Assembly (NCBI GenBank): GCA_018672285.1
Contig: JABHGC010000183.1
Coordinates: 133-64,132, forward strand
Direction: 5' to 3'
Origin: Methylococcales bacterium
GTDB lineage: Bacteria > Pseudomonadota > Gammaproteobacteria > JABHGC01
Length of the DNA stretch: 64,000 nt
The notes beneath the pieces are model-generated. The model did no database searches, was not told the origin of the DNA, and saw only the letters and a list, made by a program, of their open reading frames with translations. Below, one piece after another: positions 61,792-64,000 of the stretch. The translations under genes were made by a program, and so were the position numbers. Numbering within the stretch: the first letter of the stretch is position 1; the number at the start of each line of letters is the position of its first letter.

Positions 61792-62114
61792 GTATAGAAC
61801 CACCTAAAAAGTGGGAAAAACAGCAAAAGGCCATACGCGCAACCCAGTTGGCGTTTGACCTCAGCACAACAGTACAAAAAATCATCAAAAAAAGTGCCAT
61901 TGATGAAGATGTAACCCCACCCGATATGATCCGAAAGATACTAGGGCTTGCGGTAAAGTCAAAGAAGACCCGGCAAAGATTAACCTTTAATTTAAATGAC
62001 GATGAACTGGTAGCGCTAGCCGATCAATTTCAGCTAGAAAAGGATGATAAAGCCGCCATTAAGCAACGAGTTGCAGAGGAGTTGATTGCATATGCACAAA
62101 AGCACGAGGCATAA
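61788..62114 (+). CDS. Putative tandem ribbon-helix-helix DNA-binding protein
   Basis: Two strand-helix-helix patterns: TQLAFDL-STTVQKIIKKSA-PPDMIRKIL and RLTFNL-NDDELVALA-KAAIKQRV. Confidence 0.55.
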   Translation: MSIEPPKKWEKQQKAIRATQLAFDLSTTVQKIIKKSAIDEDVTPPDMIRKILGLAVKSKKTRQRLTFNLNDDELVALADQFQLEKDDKAAIKQRVAEELIAYAQKHEA

Positions 62115-63215
62115 ATGCATATATTACATAAGCTACTACACCATAAAAGACGCAGTAAGTTTGCAAACCCCCGCCTAGCAAAGGGTCGCAAACGACTATT
62201 TCAGCTATCCGCCTTATTATTTGGCATCATATTGCTACACACACTCGGCATGGTGATCTTCGAAAAAGACATTGGCTGGTGGGATGGCTTCTGGCTCAGC
62301 TGGACAACCGCGACCACAGTTGGTTACGGTGATTTATCCGCCTCAACCCCATTAGGCAGGCTCACAACCCTCATTTTAATGTACTGTGTGGCCATATCCT
62401 TACTAGCACAACTGGCTAGCGAATACATAGAATACCGAATAGATTCACGCGAACGTAAAATCAAAGGCCTCTGGGAGTGGAAAAAAATGCAAGACCATAT
62501 TCTCATCATCAACACCCCACAAAAAGGGGCGGAACGTTATTTAAACCGACTGATAAAACAAATACGCTTAACACCCAGCTTAACTGGTTGTCCCATACAA
62601 ATATTAACAAGGCGATATGAACATGGACTGCCACAAACATTAAATGACCAAAATGTGGTGCATTATCATGGCCACTCAGAAAACTCAGATGCACTACGAG
62701 CCGTGCATGTTGATACCGCAAAATATGTCTATTTAGTTGCTCGTGATGAGGACGACAGCATGTCCGACAGCTTAACCTTTGATGTATTGACCCGAATCAA
62801 AGAAATTGGCTGTACAGCCACCATAGTGGCCGAAGCGGTTGAAGATGCAAACCGAGCACGGTTTGAAACCTATGGTGCAGACTCTGTGATTAGACCGATC
62901 AGAGCCTACCCTGCCCTTGTTGCCAGAGCGATGGATTCACCAGGTACAGAGAAAGTGCTAGAAAATTTATTTTCCCACAAAGGTGATCACCCTCACCGCT
63001 TCGACTTAAATTTTGATTGCCCCGACTGGAAATCACTGGCTTGTAAAATCATGATGGCCAACATAGGCACACCGATGGGTTACATCAATACTGAAGGCGA
63101 GGTCATCACTAACCCAAAACCAAACAAACCAGCAAAAGGTGCCTCTTTACTCATCTTAATTCATCAGGACAATTTACCTGAAAATGATGTATTAGAGTCC
63201 TGTATCAATTCATAA
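62115..63215 (+). CDS. Two-TM potassium channel with RCK/TrkA-N domain
   Basis: TTVGYGD selectivity filter; cytoplasmic DHILII...DALRAVHVDTAK RCK domain. Confidence 0.92.
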   Translation: MHILHKLLHHKRRSKFANPRLAKGRKRLFQLSALLFGIILLHTLGMVIFEKDIGWWDGFWLSWTTATTVGYGDLSASTPLGRLTTLILMYCVAISLLAQLASEYIEYRIDSRERKIKGLWEWKKMQDHILIINTPQKGAERYLNRLIKQIRLTPSLTGCPIQILTRRYEHGLPQTLNDQNVVHYHGHSENSDALRAVHVDTAKYVYLVARDEDDSMSDSLTFDVLTRIKEIGCTATIVAEAVEDANRARFETYGADSVIRPIRAYPALVARAMDSPGTEKVLENLFSHKGDHPHRFDLNFDCPDWKSLACKIMMANIGTPMGYINTEGEVITNPKPNKPAKGASLLILIHQDNLPENDVLESCINS

Positions 63216-63231
63216 CGACAAGGAAATCATT

Positions 63232-63345
63232 ATGTTAACCAATATTTTTAGATCTCTATCGATGATGTACAACGACATGCCCAAAGGCGTTCAAATCATT
63301 TTTTGGGTATTTATTGCAGCCATCTTATTGTGGATCATTTTCTAA
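63232..63345 (+). CDS. 37-aa single-TM membrane peptide (missed by ORF track)
   Basis: AAGGA RBS; MLTNIFRSLSMMYNDMPKGVQIIFWVFIAAILLWIIF; stop overlaps the next RBS. Confidence 0.65.
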   Translation: MLTNIFRSLSMMYNDMPKGVQIIFWVFIAAILLWIIF

Positions 63346-63355
63346 GGAGAACACT

Positions 63356-63805
63356 ATGCCACACAGCGGCGCAGGTGGATCAGACGGCGGAACAGGTCGT
63401 TTTTTAATGGGCTTACTGATGATGTGTATCGGAGGCTACCTATTTTTAAACCACATCCAGGTCACCAGTGGAATGCGTATGGGCTTTGGCCACAGCATGT
63501 ATTCTGGCAGCATGGGCGGTTTTAACTACAGCGTCACGGGCGGTATGATCTTTGTCCCCTTCATATTTGGTGTTGGCATGATTTTCTGGAACAGCAAAAA
63601 CACCTTAGGTTGGTTACTCACACTCGGCTCCTTAGCGGCATTTTCCATTGGCATCATCGTCAGTATTCGCATGCACATCAAACCCATGAGTGCTTTTGAC
63701 CTGATTACGGTATTGGTATTACTGGCCGGTGGCATAGGTATGTTTGGCAGCTCACTCAGAAATTTCAACAAACAAGAACAAAGCCAAGAAAATAACCGGC
63801 AATAA
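63356..63805 (+). CDS. Gly-rich four-TM membrane protein
   Basis: AAGGAG RBS before ATG 63356; GAGGSDGG start; four hydrophobic segments. Confidence 0.78.
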   Translation: MPHSGAGGSDGGTGRFLMGLLMMCIGGYLFLNHIQVTSGMRMGFGHSMYSGSMGGFNYSVTGGMIFVPFIFGVGMIFWNSKNTLGWLLTLGSLAAFSIGIIVSIRMHIKPMSAFDLITVLVLLAGGIGMFGSSLRNFNKQEQSQENNRQ

Positions 63806-63883
63806 AAAAACATTTCAGTCAGCGTTCAGAAAAAACGGTGTATGGTTAATCCATTGCAATTCAAACCAATAGGATTAACCATG

Positions 63884-63906
63884 AAAAAAGCCCTACTGAT
63901 TCGGGC
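63884..63906 (-). terminator. Possible minus-strand intrinsic terminator
   Basis: Minus strand GCCC-gaatcagta-GGGC-T6, probably ending a gene that enters from beyond the window. Confidence 0.45.
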
Positions 63907-64000
63907 GCATTCCCAAAAAGTAGGCAGATTTATAATACAACAGGAAGCGTCGCCCAAGTATTCAGCATACCCCAGCGACCTGCTTTATAGTAACAACGCA

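Noticed and set aside
63881-63922. 13-aa ORF MKKALLIRAHSQK behind a hairpin
   Set aside because: Better explained as the complement of a minus-strand terminator, and too short to support.

Overview
A 64-kb chromosomal window from a moderately AT-rich gammaproteobacterium, probably near the origin side of the chromosome. It holds mostly housekeeping genes: the atp operon (atpD cut by the window start), parAB, rsmG, a tRNA nucleotidyltransferase, typA, dtd, hisBHAFE-tatABC, mnmG, a MoxR-DUF58-transglutaminase trio, a stand-alone EF-G, slyD, amgK-murU, an RND pump, lptD-surA-pdxA-rsmA and ppa. No IS, integrase, CRISPR array, rRNA or tRNA was seen. The most interesting signals are: (1) a right-end PspA/YjfI/YjfK/DUF350 cluster with a membrane-fused spermidine synthase, a K+ channel, a missed 37-aa membrane peptide and a tandem ribbon-helix-helix protein, plus a near-consensus sigma70 promoter overlaid by two TGACA-N5-TGTCA palindromes; (2) a CCA-family enzyme missing the flexible loop needed for A addition; (3) TatC fused to a FimV C-terminal domain; (4) a proline iminopeptidase homologue that has lost its catalytic Ser and Asp; (5) an unannotated Csr/Rsm-type sRNA with a GacA/LetA-like box; (6) an FNR-box-driven 58-aa Cys-rich protein. 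All family calls come from motif recognition by eye; no searches were run.
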